Assembly (NCBI RefSeq): GCF_037042905.1
Contig: NC_087250.1
Location: 13,518,001 to 13,582,000, forward strand
DNA: 64,000 nt
Reading direction: 5' to 3'
From: Lytechinus pictus
Taxonomy: Eukaryota
Shown one piece after another: positions 1 through 13,300 of this stretch. Each line of letters begins with the position of its first letter. The stretch's first letter is position 1. Both the position numbers and the translations under genes were made by a program. The notes below the pieces were generated by a model. That model was not told where the DNA came from and did not search any database. It worked only from the letters and a program-made list of their open reading frames with translations.

Positions 1-2100
1 TATTCAATGGTTTTAATGGTCAAGTAATAAAATGGGACAAGTTACAAGGACAGTCAGTGCTCACGTATGTCCAAAAATCCAAGATGGCTTCCAAAAATGG
101 AGTCTAAAAATTGCTGTTTTCACTGACAAATAGACATAGTTCATTTGATATCTGCCTGAGATATATGATTTGGTGTCTAAACCATGGTTTGAAAGGTCAA
201 ACAATACATTTAGACAAGTTACAAAGGCATTCAGTGGTCAGGTATATGTCAAAAAAATCCAAGATGGCTTCCAAAAATAGAGTCTAATTTGATCGTTGTT
301 ACTGAAAAATTGACATACTTCATTAAAAAACCCACGTGAGAGATATGATTTTGGTGTCTGAACAATGTTTTAAAGGGTCGAATAATACATTTGCACTAGT
401 AAAAAAGGAAGGAGGTTCGGTATGTCCAAAAATCGAAGACAGCTTCTAAAAATGGAATCTAAAATGGCCGCTATTGCATATAAATTGACATTTAAGTTCA
501 TTTAATATCTGCATGGGAGATAAGATTTCGGTGTTTACACCAGGGTTTGTTGGGTCAAATAATACATTTGGACTGGTTAAAAGGGCAGTCAGTGGTCAAT
601 TATGTCCAAAACTGCAAGATGGCTTAAAAAATGGGGTCTAAATAATTGGTTACTGATATTTAAAAATCGAATTTGTTTAATAAACACCTAATAAATATTG
701 TTTTGGTGTCTAAACCATGGTTTAAAGGGCCAAATGATAATTTGGGACAAGTTACAAGGACAGTCAGTGGTCCAGTATGTTCAGAAATCCAAGATGATTT
801 CCAAAAATGGAGTATTAAACGACTGCTGAGACTTACAAATGGACATAGTTCATTTAATATCTGCCTGAGATATATGATTTATATTTTGAAACTGTCACCA
901 ATAATAATGCAGTTGTCCATTTTGCCTAAAAATCCAGAATGGTTTACAAAATGGCGTGAAAATGACTCCAATCACTTAAAAAATGATCATAATTCATACA
1001 ATATCAACATATGAGGAATAATTGTGGTGGCTACGCTAAAATACATTTGGAAAAAGTAATCTTATTGATTTAAGAGTAGGTAACAGCAAGCATTTTTGCT
1101 CAATTTTAGAACCAAATTGCACATATAATGGAAAACTTAACATGCTTGCTACTTGTCCTTAATATATATGACATTTCAAACCATAGTGCAGAAACAAGAT
1201 TTATTTCTCACAGATGAATGTTGAGTATGACCATTTTTAAGTGTTGAGAGTTAAACACCATCCTGGAAGCCATCTTGGATTTTGAAGCAAAACGGACAAT
1301 TGTCAATCATCATAAGCTTTCCCAAAGTATTATTTGAAACTTGAATCCATAGTACAGTACAGCTTAATATTATCTTATAGAAACAGCAGCCACTTTAGAC
1401 TCCATTTTTTAAGTCATCTTGGATTTTTGGACATACCGGACCACTGACTGTCATTTAAGTTGTCCCACTGTATCATATGGCTCTTTAGATCATGGGTTTA
1501 AATCAGAAATCATACCTCACAGGCAGATATTAAATAAAGTATGTATTTTCTTAGTTCCAGCAATCAATTTTGATTCCATTTTTTGGAAGCCATTTTGGAC
1601 TTATGGACATACTACTAGTAGTCCACAGACTGTCCTTTTAACTCCAAATATTCTATTTGACCCTTCAACTCATGGTTCAGACACCGAAATCCTATTTCCC
1701 ATGCAGATATCAAATAGACTATGTCAATTAGTAGGTAAAACAGCCATGTTAGACTCAATTTTTAGAAGCCTTCTTGGATTTTTGGACATACTTGACCACT
1801 GAATATCATTGTATGGTTGTCCAAATTTATTACTCTGCCATTAAAACCATTAAACAGACAGTATCTAATAGATAAACAGTGGACTTTTGTAGACTTTGGC
1901 AGCCAAATTGGACGCCACCTTTTATTTCCAGGTACCCTGGTCTGCTTATTTTCACTCTAACATGTATCACTATATCTTGTTTCCCCTTTAAACCATGAAA
2001 TAGGCACCGAAATTTGAGGTCTAGTGTGAATAATGAGTTATTTATGTCCATTTTCTGTGAATGGCGTCCATTTTGGACGCCATCTTGGATTACGGAAAAC
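1..2100. mobile_element. Foldback-like non-autonomous element: ~180-bp tandem subrepeats in opposing orientation
   Basis: aaaatccaagatggcttccaaaaatgg units on + (1-960), reverse gccatcttggatttt units at 1260-2090; related fragment at 3240-3790; left end outside window. Confidence 0.7.
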
Positions 2101-2314
2101 CCAAAAAAATTATGAGGACTTTTATTATGTTATTCTGGACAAATTCCTGGACCTATCCTGAACAAAAATATGTTGTCCATAGGTGAATTAGAATGTTGCG
2201 TGTCGTACGGGACATTTCTGCGTCCCGTACGACACATAACATTTTTACCTATAATTTACCCATAATCATTTTTGTGTGTGTTGGTTATTAGTTTTTCACA
2301 TAACTTCCCACTAT

Positions 2315-2584
2315 GGCCCGAATTCACAAAGGTGGACTAAAGTTATACCCGGGGTATATAAAACGCGTCATTTGACGTCATTTTAATCCATGGACTAAAG
2401 TTAGCACCGGGGTATAACTCAGCAGTGGACTAACTTTTGCACCGGGTGCTAAAGTTAGACCATGGATTAGTTAGTCCATCGTTTGTGAATAGCGAGGTGG
2501 ACTAACTTTATACCCGGGTGTTAGTTAACCCCCGACTAAATTTAACCCCGGTATAACTTTAGTCCTCCTTTGTGAATTCGGGCC
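2315..2584. mobile_element. PIF/Harbinger-like MITE
   Basis: TIR ggcccgaattcacaaagg...cctttgtgaattcgggcc, imperfect 3-bp TSD tat/tac. Confidence 0.85.
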
Positions 2585-4329
2585 TACAGCTTTATCATTG
2601 AAAAAAAAAATATTTTATTGCTCAAGCATTCGGCTAGGAAACTAGAAATTATTGTCAAAATGTGCCGTACGACACGTATGGAATCGCCCACTGGATATTT
2701 ATCGCTGCAACTTATTTCATTACAAGGACGACATATCATTCACATATGTATGAAAAAAAGAAACAATTATGATTTCATGTAACAACATAAGAAAAAGGAA
2801 AGTGGGGATGTAACATCATCATCCCATATAATAAATATTCATGGCGATGTGCATTTAACTGTTCAATATCTTCGCTATCTGTTATCAGATTTTGATGACA
2901 TTTTCAGCATTATGCTCTGTGAGTTTTACTCTATTTAATTAGATATATATATTTTCAGCGAGGAGCAACCCTTTAACGGTAACCTCGATTAGACGTAGGA
3001 TCATGGGCGGAAATTCCAGGGGGACGCGTCCCCCTATCCAAACTAGTAGGGGGGACACAATATCAAATGTCCCCCTACTATTTTTGGTCTATTATGATGG
3101 AGAAAAATACATCATTCACAATCGAAATAATACATGTATTTTGGACTAAATGACCTTACATTTTGGGTGAAAACCTTTTCTTTTTTTTTTTGCTTGTCGG
3201 ATTCTTTTTGGTTAAAATTACCTTAAATTTTTGGTGATATGAAATGAGCTATATAAAAGTGTCAGCAGCAATTTTAGAAAAAAATTTTGGAAGCCATCTT
3301 GGATTTTTGGACACACCAGACCACTGGCTGTCCTTGTTACGTGTCCTAATGTACTACTTGAATGTCAAAACCATTGAATAAAAACCAAATCCAGGCCACT
3401 TAATAGATAAATTGTGGACTTTTAGCATATGGCGGCCATCTTGGGCGCCATTTAATTTGGATTTTCCAGGTACCCTGGAGTGGTTATATCATAGGTACAT
3501 GGTTATATGCACTCTAACCTCTATATAAAAAAAGTCCTTTTACCCCTAAACAATGGAATGTGCATTGAAATAGGATGTCTAGTCTGGATAAAAAGTGAAA
3601 TATGTAGGCCTACATTTTCAGTGATTGGCGGCCATCTTGATCGCCATCTTAAATATAACCACTTCTCCAGATGTGGATTTTGGTAGATTTTTAGTTTGTT
3701 ATTCCTGAGGTCAAATAGTTACAAGAAACACTTGAAAACCCATTTGTTGCAAATTGTTTTGAATCAAACATTATATTGATCAGTCTATGTGGTCAGAGAA
3801 AATTCCAGATCGTCTTCAAGTCTCAGCCTGTAATAAAATCTGTCTATGATTTGGAAAATTGTAGTTGATTTTATTCCTGCATAGAGGCTAGAAATCATTG
3901 ATTGGAATTTCGATTTTGGTATCGTTACCACTATTTGGATCTTCGATCGTTATGATTCTATAGGTTATAATATTCATTTAATATAGGGATTTATATAAAT
4001 ATAGGATCACAAGGTATTGTTGTTTTTAGGTTTTACAGCGTTATCCCATCGATCACCATTGATTTACACCAGGGGCCTGTCTTACAAAGAGTTGCGATTG
4101 ATCCGATCAATCGCAACTATGGAGCCAGCAAAGTCAACATATAAAATGCATGTTTGTTCCAAAAAAATTCTAGATAATATGAATGTATATCCATAAATTC
4201 ATTGATTTGACAATTTGACAATTTGGCTTGTTCTCCTTTGTTTCCAAACGACATTCTGCAAATTTCATGTAGAAAAAAATATGACACTGATGGATTTCCA
4301 TAATAATAATAATATTCAGTTCTTTTATA

Positions 4330-4765
4330 GCGCATAACACATAGCAATGCACGTCCCTATGCACTAGGAAGAAATTAAGGAAAGAAATTAGAAAGTAAGT
4401 AAAGAGTGTTGGGCACTGAGTTCATTACAAGTTAAACAGATACTCTTTAGGGAAGTCTTTAACTTATCTAAATCATGAATATTTCTCATATAATTGGGAA
4501 GTGCATTCCATAAGACGGAAGAGGCATGTGCAAATGAGCGCTCACCATGTTTTGGTAACAATGGGAGGAATAGCAAACAGCTGCTTTGTGCTTGATCTTA
4601 GAGTACGAGTAGTCTGATGTAAAGTTAATAATTCTGTTAAATATGATGGAGCTATCTCATGGAAGCATTCATATGCAAAAACAAATAATTTGAAAGAAAT
4701 ACGAGAATGAACAGGAAACCAATATAAGTTTCGTAGTACAGTGGTGATTGATTCATATTTTCGAG
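4330..4765 (-). mobile_element. L2/CR1-type LINE 3' fragment
   Basis: GERSFAHASSVLWNALP...LKTSLKS resembles L2-type ORF2 C-termini. Confidence 0.7.
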
Positions 4766-4769
4766 TTTG

Positions 4770-5455
4770 AGTAACTAATCAATCAAGCAACAAAATAAAT
4801 AAGTATTTTTGTGAGTTGTGAAAATATATGAATAAATTATCATATTTGATGAGTTTCAAAATTACGTGTTATAATTTTGTATCACCACCTAGAGCTATCA
4901 TATATAAAGCAAACAAAATTGAAATTTATCAACAAATGAAGGAGAAAAAAACTTTTTGTGATTTATGAATAACTTTGCATAAATTGGCATAAATAATTTT
5001 CTACACAAAATTTCTAAATTCTGTTTAGAAGTTTGGTGAACCTATTGAAATTCTACCAGATGCAAGAAAAAAAATCAAAATCAGTCAACAATTAAAGAAG
5101 AAGCATTTTATGTGAATTTTTAAAATACATGTATACATGTACATATTAAAAAATAAGCATAACAAAATTTCTAGTCAAAAGTTCAAAATTCTGTGTAAAA
5201 ATTTGGTGAACCTCATGAAGTGCTACCAGAAGGAAGCCAAAAAATCAAAATTAGTCAACAAATAACGAAGGAGAAGCATTTTTTTTGTGAATTTTGAAAA
5301 ATGTGCATAAATTAGCATATTTAATGAGATTCAAAATTCTGTGTAAAAGTTTGAATTCCCCCCACATTTATGTTCTAGAATGGAACCAGAAGTTCATGAC
5401 ATGCTCTGATATTTGGGCGCCAAAATACGTTAACGTCCTTTCTGCGGGAAGGCGA
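4770..5455 (+). repeat. Degenerate ~180-bp tandem repeat, probably a DNA-transposon relic
   Basis: aaaatcagtcaacaa...gaagcatttt..gtgaattt and aaattctgtgtaaaa..tttg recur about 4 times. Confidence 0.6.
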
Positions 5456-7036
5456 CAGCATGTCATGCAACTAAACAATTGCAAAATATTAAAAGGGTAG
5501 TGTGCATTATTTGTTATATGTACATGAGTAGTTAGGAAAACATATTTTTTACTCTGTATAGATATTACACGTTACTATACCATTGCAAAAATAATAAAAA
5601 TAGAGTAGTGTGCTTCAATTGCAAAATAATAAAAGTGTGAAAAATATTTAATCTATGTACATCAGTAGTTATTCTGTGAAAATATTAAATATCATACAAC
5701 TATACCATTGCAAAAATAATAGTACAACTGTACGGCGTGCATTATTTATTCTATGTACTGATATAAATTTCATGCTACTACTTAATTGAAAAATATCAAA
5801 AGCGTGTATTGTGTTTTAAATTATTTTACGTGCATACATATATATCATGGAACTATTTTGCGTGAATTATCTTTTCCATGTAAATATATATACATATAAA
5901 TATATTTATATTCACATGCCATGTAAATATATAACTATGTGAAACACTACCACGGTCACTTGGTAGTCTGCAGGAACAGACCGTGGTTTAAATTTTGATT
6001 TACATGTTGGTCTTCATAAAAGACTAGCAAATTAAAAACTTGCTGTTCGAGAGGAGCTTCCATGCACAAGTCATTGTAGATCGTGTATTCAGACAAGTTA
6101 GAGTGAAGGGTTTGCCCAGAAGACTAATCACATAGCGCTTTGATTTCCCTTTCATTTTTTCCTTATTCTCTCCTACTGAATGTCTCCCCCTCTTTCTCTA
6201 TCTCTTCCTCTCTCTCTCCTTTTCTTTCTTTCTCTCTCCTTCTATTTCTCTTGCTCAAGTCTCAAATTCTTTTTAAGTACAGACTTTTTACATGTTAATG
6301 CTCCTTTTACAATATTGTTATTCAGACTTATGATATGACACCTTGACTCAAATCTAGAAATTCATTGTTTTATTACAGCAAAATATTTAAGATTTACCAC
6401 TATATTTACATTACAGCTGCAATTTTTTTTGTATTGATTTTTCTTTCATAAAAATACATACAACATAATACATTTTGACATAATGATACAATCTGAATCA
6501 CTTGGAAGCACAACAAAAACATAAATGATGAATACTTTCTTTTACGGTCGAATTTTCATGAATTTCATGAAAAGGGAAATCAATACAAAATGACAAGGTG
6601 CGTGTCACATAGAAATCAATTTCAAAATGAAAATAGGGCATCTGCACTGACTTGCTTTAACATTAGTTAGGGTGCTTTTATTACCATATCAGATGTGTAT
6701 TTATAACCCCTTGAAATGTCTGCTACGGTTAGCAAAGGCTCAAACAGTGCGCATCACAACGCCCCGTTTTATAACATGTATCAATTTTGCTCGATTGCCG
6801 CATGACATTCACTCGTATGCTCTTCTATAGCAAGTGTTTGGTACTGCAAAATTGGTAAATAGCATAAAGATCAGATATACTGAAGCCTAATTTGTTTTAA
6901 ACCTTCACAGCTAATCACAACTTATTTCAAGCATCCTCAATCTTTTATGGTTCTATCATAAATCCTTGCGTTCAAGATTTGTTCATTCATGCAATTTTGC
7001 TCCGATGAGTGCATGTAACAAAGCTTAAATCTCTCT

Positions 7037-7325
7037 GGCCCGTATTCTGAAGTCGGGTTTAACTTAAACTCAGGTTGAAAGTTGTGGTTTAAGTATGGAA
7101 AGCCAATTGTTACATAAATCACTAACGGTAGAGTTATCATATTTCAGCTAATTTGTCTCTCAAATCATTCATAATTGCCTAGGAAGTATCAATATATTAT
7201 TGTCTTCACAATCGATGAATCAGGAAAGAGCACAGTAAACATAGGAAACATACGTTTGGCTTCCCATACTTAAACCACAACTTGAAACCTAAGTTAAAGT
7301 TAAACCCGACTTCGGAATACGGGCC
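7037..7325. mobile_element. PIF/Harbinger-like MITE
   Basis: TIR ggcccgtattc(t/c)gaagtcgggtttaactt, 3-bp TSD TCT. Confidence 0.9.
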
Positions 7326-7577
7326 TCTGTATTAAATGATATTTTCAAAAAATACAGTAGTTTCCACTTTGAAGAAATATAATTCTTCCTCGATTAACAA
7401 TTATCACATTGACACACACTCTCTGTCTCTCATATTTGCATGTTTCTAACACATTCAACAACGAGCTAATAGTCAAAATGGTGAATGGGCTAAATGGCAA
7501 TTAGACCAAGTGGTTTGTATATGAACTAGGATAAGACCATGTGGGGCCAGACCATACCTGAAGACAAAGAAGGTTCA

Positions 7578-7850
7578 GGTCCTCGTCTTACAAAGAGTTG
7601 TGATTGATCAGATCGATCGCACCTATGGACGGCCAGCAATGTCAACATCTACTATGCATGTTTGTTCAAAATATTTTCTAGCTATGATGTATATTCATGC
7701 ATTCATCGTTGTCTTGAAAATTCAGTGTGCTTCTCTTTGTTTACAAAGGACATTGTGCACATTTCCTGTAGAAAAAATAATGACACTGATGGATTTCCAT
7801 AGAGTTACGATTGATTGGATCAATCGTATCACTTTGTAAGACGGGGCCCA
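7578..7850. mobile_element. MITE (gggccccgtcttacaaagagttgcgattgatc family); relatives at ~4071-4300 and ~21778-22053
   Basis: Inverted ends cgtcttacaaag / ctttgtaagacg and shared internal sequence. Confidence 0.8.
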
Positions 7851-8658
7851 GGTATATACTAAGTGGCAATCTCCCCACCCCCACCCCCAAGGGAAAAAAA
7901 AAAAAAAAAACATACATACAAAACAAACAAAACAAAAAAATAAGGTGACTGCTAATACCAGTTTGGACAGGACAAGAAATGTTCAAAAATGCTAAATTCC
8001 ATGATTTTTATTGATCATCTTTTCATCTCCCACAGTTCATCGAGTTGATCAATTGGAGAGGCTTCTACAAACTAAGGAATATGTTTCAATGCCAAAGCTG
8101 GAATTTCACAGATATTTGAAACTACTCCTGATAGATTTAAGAAACAGCTGAAAACTTACTTGTATCCAGTATACATGTAAGTAGCCTTTTAGTGTTGTCG
8201 ATTTGATCTACAGTGTAAAAGATATGATATAGTGTACTATGTATAGCGTTCCTAAATGCCTTATTTCTTTATCACTATTATTATTATCAGTATTATCAGA
8301 GCAAGAAATTTTCAGTAGATTGTATTAAAGATGTTTTCTTCTTTGTCTTTAATATTTCTATTAGAAATGTGTTTCAAATTTGACAAACAAAGAGCAAAAG
8401 TGAAATCTCTCTTACCAATTAAGACCAAATTACTTTATAATTGTTCACATGTGGCAAATTAACAGCAATACAACTGAGGTCTGTCAGCAAACATTTGCTG
8501 AGAAACTCGTAAGTGAATCTGCATCTACTGTCATTTCAAAATTTGTTGCATGAAATACATCAAAGAACATGATGTGCAAGCTTAATTCATTTTTGTACAT
8601 GATTGACAAATTTCAACCAATACTTCCGTTTGATTTGATTTTGATAATAAAACAACTA

Positions 8659-8925
8659 CAGAGAAATTAGCAAATTAGCTTTAATTTGCCAATTAGAAAA
8701 TTGTAGATACAGTATGGGTTCAGAATATTACAGACTGCCTTTGCAATACAAAAGATCCATCGGTTCAAGGTTGTACCATCAGTCAAGACAGCGGAGAAAT
8801 TGGCAAATTAGCTTTAATTTGCCAATTCGAAAATTGTAGATACAGTATGGGTTCAAAATATTACAGACTGCCTTTGCAATACAAAAGATCCATCGGTTCA
8901 TGGTTGTACTATCCGTCAAGACAGC
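8659..8925 (+). repeat. Near-perfect tandem duplication, two ~130-bp units
   Basis: gagaaatt(a/g)gcaaattagctttaatttgcc...gatccatcggttca repeated at 8661 and 8794. Confidence 0.9.
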
Positions 8926-10242
8926 AAGTTAGCTCATAAATGGACTGACATCAAATGGGAGCATCCGAGTCATGTTACCAGAAAAGCCACTAGGATACAA
9001 CCTTGGTACAAATACTACAAAAAAGGTTCAATGGTGTACCAACTTACGTAGATTGAACCGTTCATAAGTCAAGACAGGAAGTTATTGAAGCTGATTACTT
9101 GACAAACATCCAATGCTGCGCTTCCTGTGGAAGCATCTTACCAGAATGGCCACTAGAACACAACTTTAGTAGAAAATGGTTCAATGGCATACCTACTTTA
9201 AATAGCTTGATCTGTTCATCAACCAGGACAGCAAGTTATTGAAGCTGGTGACTGGACAAACATCACAATGCTGCGCTTCCTGTGGAAGCATCTGGGTCAG
9301 GTTCCTAGAATAGCCACTAGGACACAACCTTAGTACAAAAAAGTTTAATTGGTGTACCCACTTGCATAACTTGATCTATTCATTAGTAAGGGAACCTACT
9401 AGTTAGCTCGTGAATAAACTTTAATCCAATGTTGCGCTACCAATGGTAGCCTCCTGGATCAGAATAGCCACTAAGACATAACCTTGACATACAGATCAAA
9501 AGATTCATGGTTGTACCCACTCATATAATTTGTTTTATCAGAATTGGCATCAAGTTGGCAGGAGAATGGGCATAGATCCAATTCTGTGATTCCAATGGGT
9601 GCCTCTCGATAATGTTCCCAGGCAGGAATAGCCACTAAATCACAGTAGATCCATAAGCTCATCGTTGCACCCAAATACACAGTTGGATCTGTTCATCAGT
9701 CAGGACAGCAAGTTGGCAGGTGACTGGACATTAAATCCAATACTGTGCTTCCAAAGCAAGCCTATTGTGCCCAGAGGAACAGTCACTAGATCACAACCTT
9801 GGTACACATTAGATCCATACACTCATCGTTGCACCCATTTACACATTTTAATCTGTTAATTAGTCGATGCAGCAAGGTAGCTTGTATCTCCAGGGTTGAA
9901 TGGACATACAGAATTTTGCTCCTATAAATAAAAGGCATAGATTATCTAAAATATTTTGCAAAAAAATAAATAATAAACATACATCCAGTGCTGTAATCTT
10001 GATGGGGAGCCTCTGGTTCCAAGGAACAACCTATAGATCACAACCTTGGTAAGCGGTCGATCCATACACTCCTCATTGCACCCATTTACACAGTTTAGTC
10101 TGTTATTGGTCAATGCAGCCAGGTAGCTTGTATCTCCCAAATTAAATGGACATACAGCCAGCGCTGTACTCCCGATGGGGAGCCTCTGGTTCCAAGGAAC
10201 AGCCAATAGATCACAACGTTCGTACGCGGTAGATCCACACAT
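8890..10242 (-). repeat. Tandem array (~8 units, ~160-180 bp) derived from the RFWD3 last coding segment plus start of the 3'UTR
   Basis: Recurring anchors (ca)caacctt at ~10212, 10039, 9792, 9479, 9323, 9160, 8997 and a deleted variant at ~9640; nearest copy translates [27 protein letters not shown]. Confidence 0.9.
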
Positions 10243-10398
10243 TCATCGTTGCACCCATTTACAGAGTTTAATCTGTTTATCAGTCAGTGCAGCAAGGTAG
10301 CTTGTATCTCCTAGGTTGAATGGACATACATCCAGGGCTGTACTCCCGATGGGAAGCTTCTGGGTGAGGCTACCTGAACTGGCATCCCAGGTAAATAC
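10243..10398 (-). CDS. RFWD3: RFWD3 last coding exon (13)
   Basis: [51 protein letters not shown] (TGA 10243-10245); ttctag acceptor. Confidence 0.95.
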   Translation of the reverse strand, partial: VFTWDASSGSLTQKLPIGSTALDVCPFNLGDTSYLAALTDKQIKLCKWVQR

Positions 10399-13300
10399 CT
10401 AGAAAGAAAACAAAATAGATTAAAGGCATAGGCTTACACAACAAATGCCTTTTTTTTCAAATACTAAAACTTAATTCATGTTGTACTTAATATTGAACAT
10501 ATGGATTTTGAAAAAAAAAACCTAAGTAAGAACAAATCTAATTCCTGCCGACACTTTCAAGATATCTGTGACTGAAAAAAATCATCATTTACTTAATCTC
10601 CTAGGGAGAGTAATATAAACATTATAGTGTATGGGATGAAATATAATTATGTGCTTTGTTGTTGTTTTAGCTTATATGGCACGTATCATTCAGCAGTGAA
10701 TATTTGCGCCTTTACTTACTGATAATGTAGCCTCATCTCAAGCACATTCAATTAATTTGTTATCATGGGGCGCAGGGAATATTATATAGCAGACTGTGTG
10801 AGCAGTTTCATTACAAAAAGTGTGAACATGAGACTAGATTGTTACCCTTTTACTTTGAGCTTTGAATCTCTATACTTACTGATGATGTGGCCTCATCTCC
10901 GGCACATGCAATTAATTTACTATCATCATGGGGTGCGGGGAATAGAGCCGACTGCGTAAGCAGTTTCATTGTAGTTCCACCAAAAAAGGTCTGAACGGAG
11001 TTACACGAGACTAGGCTGTTGCCCTGGTCTCCAACTGACTGTCTCTTCATCTCACACATCTATACACAAAAACATAACAAATAAATTGGCAATATCCTTT
11101 GAATATATTGCAAGAAAGATGATAAACACTGTACAACGCCTACTTAGATTGTTGTACGAAAGCAAATGGGAAGCTGTATGTGCAACATTTGTACCACAGG
11201 CTACTTAGCGTCCAAAATGTATTATATGACACCTAGATAGATCCTTGTCATTTGATTGGTTGGTCGATATCGTCATCAACCGTGCAATTTTAGATCCATT
11301 CATCGTGCAATTTTGGATCCATACGATTTTGTCCATTGCACGCGCGCACCGAGACAGCAGGCACCCCAAACTATCGCGCATGTTGTATGTACGCGATAAT
11401 CAACAGATTGAGCTCGCACTGCATAATTATGAGCATATTTTGCATCGAAATTTTCATCACAAATTTCATATGAAAAAGAATCTATTTTTAGTTGTCATAA
11501 AAACCAAATAATGAATGTTCTTTTCATTCGTGCAATGGACAGAATACTTCCTTCGGTGAAAGATGAAATGAACGACCAATTTCATCTTTCACCTCATGAA
11601 GTATTCTGTCCATTGCAGTCATAAACATTCATTATTTGTATACCATTAAATGGCTTAGGAGGTAACATCACAATAAATACATGCAGTTAGGCATAGGGCT
11701 TACTGGCTAAAAGCACCCTGCTACTTGAGGGATTCTGCTTTTCCCTTTCAATAACTCTTTCCTCATTTTTATAGATTAACATGATAAAACGATTTGGCAA
11801 AGGAAGCATCAAGTTTCATTGACTAGACACTTCGGGCAATATTAAAAAGTTGATAAAAAATATATTCCGATGCTGCAAGGGAACCCCCATTTCCGATTAG
11901 ACTATAGCTTAGCCTAGGTTATATAGGAGCACCTAACAAGGTGGGTATGTGCACTATATAAATCATATATTATCCTTTTATTAACTGTTACATTTCATGT
12001 TATTTAGAAAGATTGTGACATAGTGAATGGTCTACTGGCAAGGATTGCTATTCAGACGGCGTAAATTTCAAAATATTATTTGTTTCAATGACAATGATGG
12101 TGACAATGTTTGGGCTGAAAATGTGTGTGTAGTCCCATACATGTATTTCTGTGTGCAGCAGGGGAAAAGATTACATGGGGGCTTGGGAGGGATTTTGCCC
12201 CCTGAAATGGACAAAAGAACCCTTGAAAATAGAAAAGTGCCCTGAAAAAAACCCCATTCGCTGCAAAGTCCAAGCTTCCCCAGATTTAACAAATAAGTTG
12301 AAAAAAGGAGCCCCCATTTTTTTTTTTATATAAATTTTTGCCTGGTGTGAAGTGCACGTATTGACTTACCACATATCTAGCTGAGCGGTGATTCTTGGTA
12401 GGTCTGAATGAAGCCAGGCAGTGCCTGGTGCGGGGTTCAAACGCCACACCTGTACAACTTCCTGTTAATATAAGAAAAAAATATAAGATTTCCTTTCCTC
12501 TTCTTCTTCAAAAGAAATCAACCATACATGTAGTAGTAACATATATTCAGTAAGTTTTCTTGTATTGCCATTTATATACACATGCATCAGTGGACCAGCT
12601 TAGCCGAATCTTCATCAGAGCCCGATTGCACTGATTTGGTATTAGACCGTGTGGTACGATGAGAACAAATGGTATTATATAATGCTTACTTAGCTTGTTT
12701 TAGCAAGCAAATGGGAGGCTGAAAGTGCAACATTCATAGCGTCACACAATTACCTTCAGAATGCGCCTCTGCCAAGATAGGCGACTTCGCAGTACCATTC
12801 AATCAATTACACTGGGTTAATTCATAATGCAGGTTCATTACAAATATGCCTACCGCGCATGGTTGCTTAGGGGTAGAGTGTCCGCCTCACGAAAGAAAGG
12901 TTGTGGGGCTATCCCTGCAGTCATAGTAAAGACTTATATAAACGCAGTAAATTCGGCCTTATTGCTAGGTGATTAGATTAGAAAAAGGTAATATAACAAC
13001 ATGGTATGGTATGCAGGGCCTGCTGGTAAAACTGTTTCCTGACTGAAGAGGCTACCCCGTGGTAAAAAACATTATTTCTATTATTATGTTATATATTTTA
13101 TCCAGGGTAGCCACTTCAGTCCCAAACACTGCTCTCCAAGCGGGCCCTTCTACACATGTCACTATTACCCTGGATTTAGCAAGGCTACCTTGATTGGGCA
13201 CTTGAGCGTTCAAGGAATTTCTTCCTACCGGGTACCCGTTCAACTCACCTGGTTTAAGTGTAGCACAAAGTGGGTAAATTTCTTGCTGAAGGAAAATTAT

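Noticed and set aside
673..2051. ORFs of 113, 127 and 73 aa
   Set aside because: Lie within degenerate tandem subrepeats with no recognisable protein motifs
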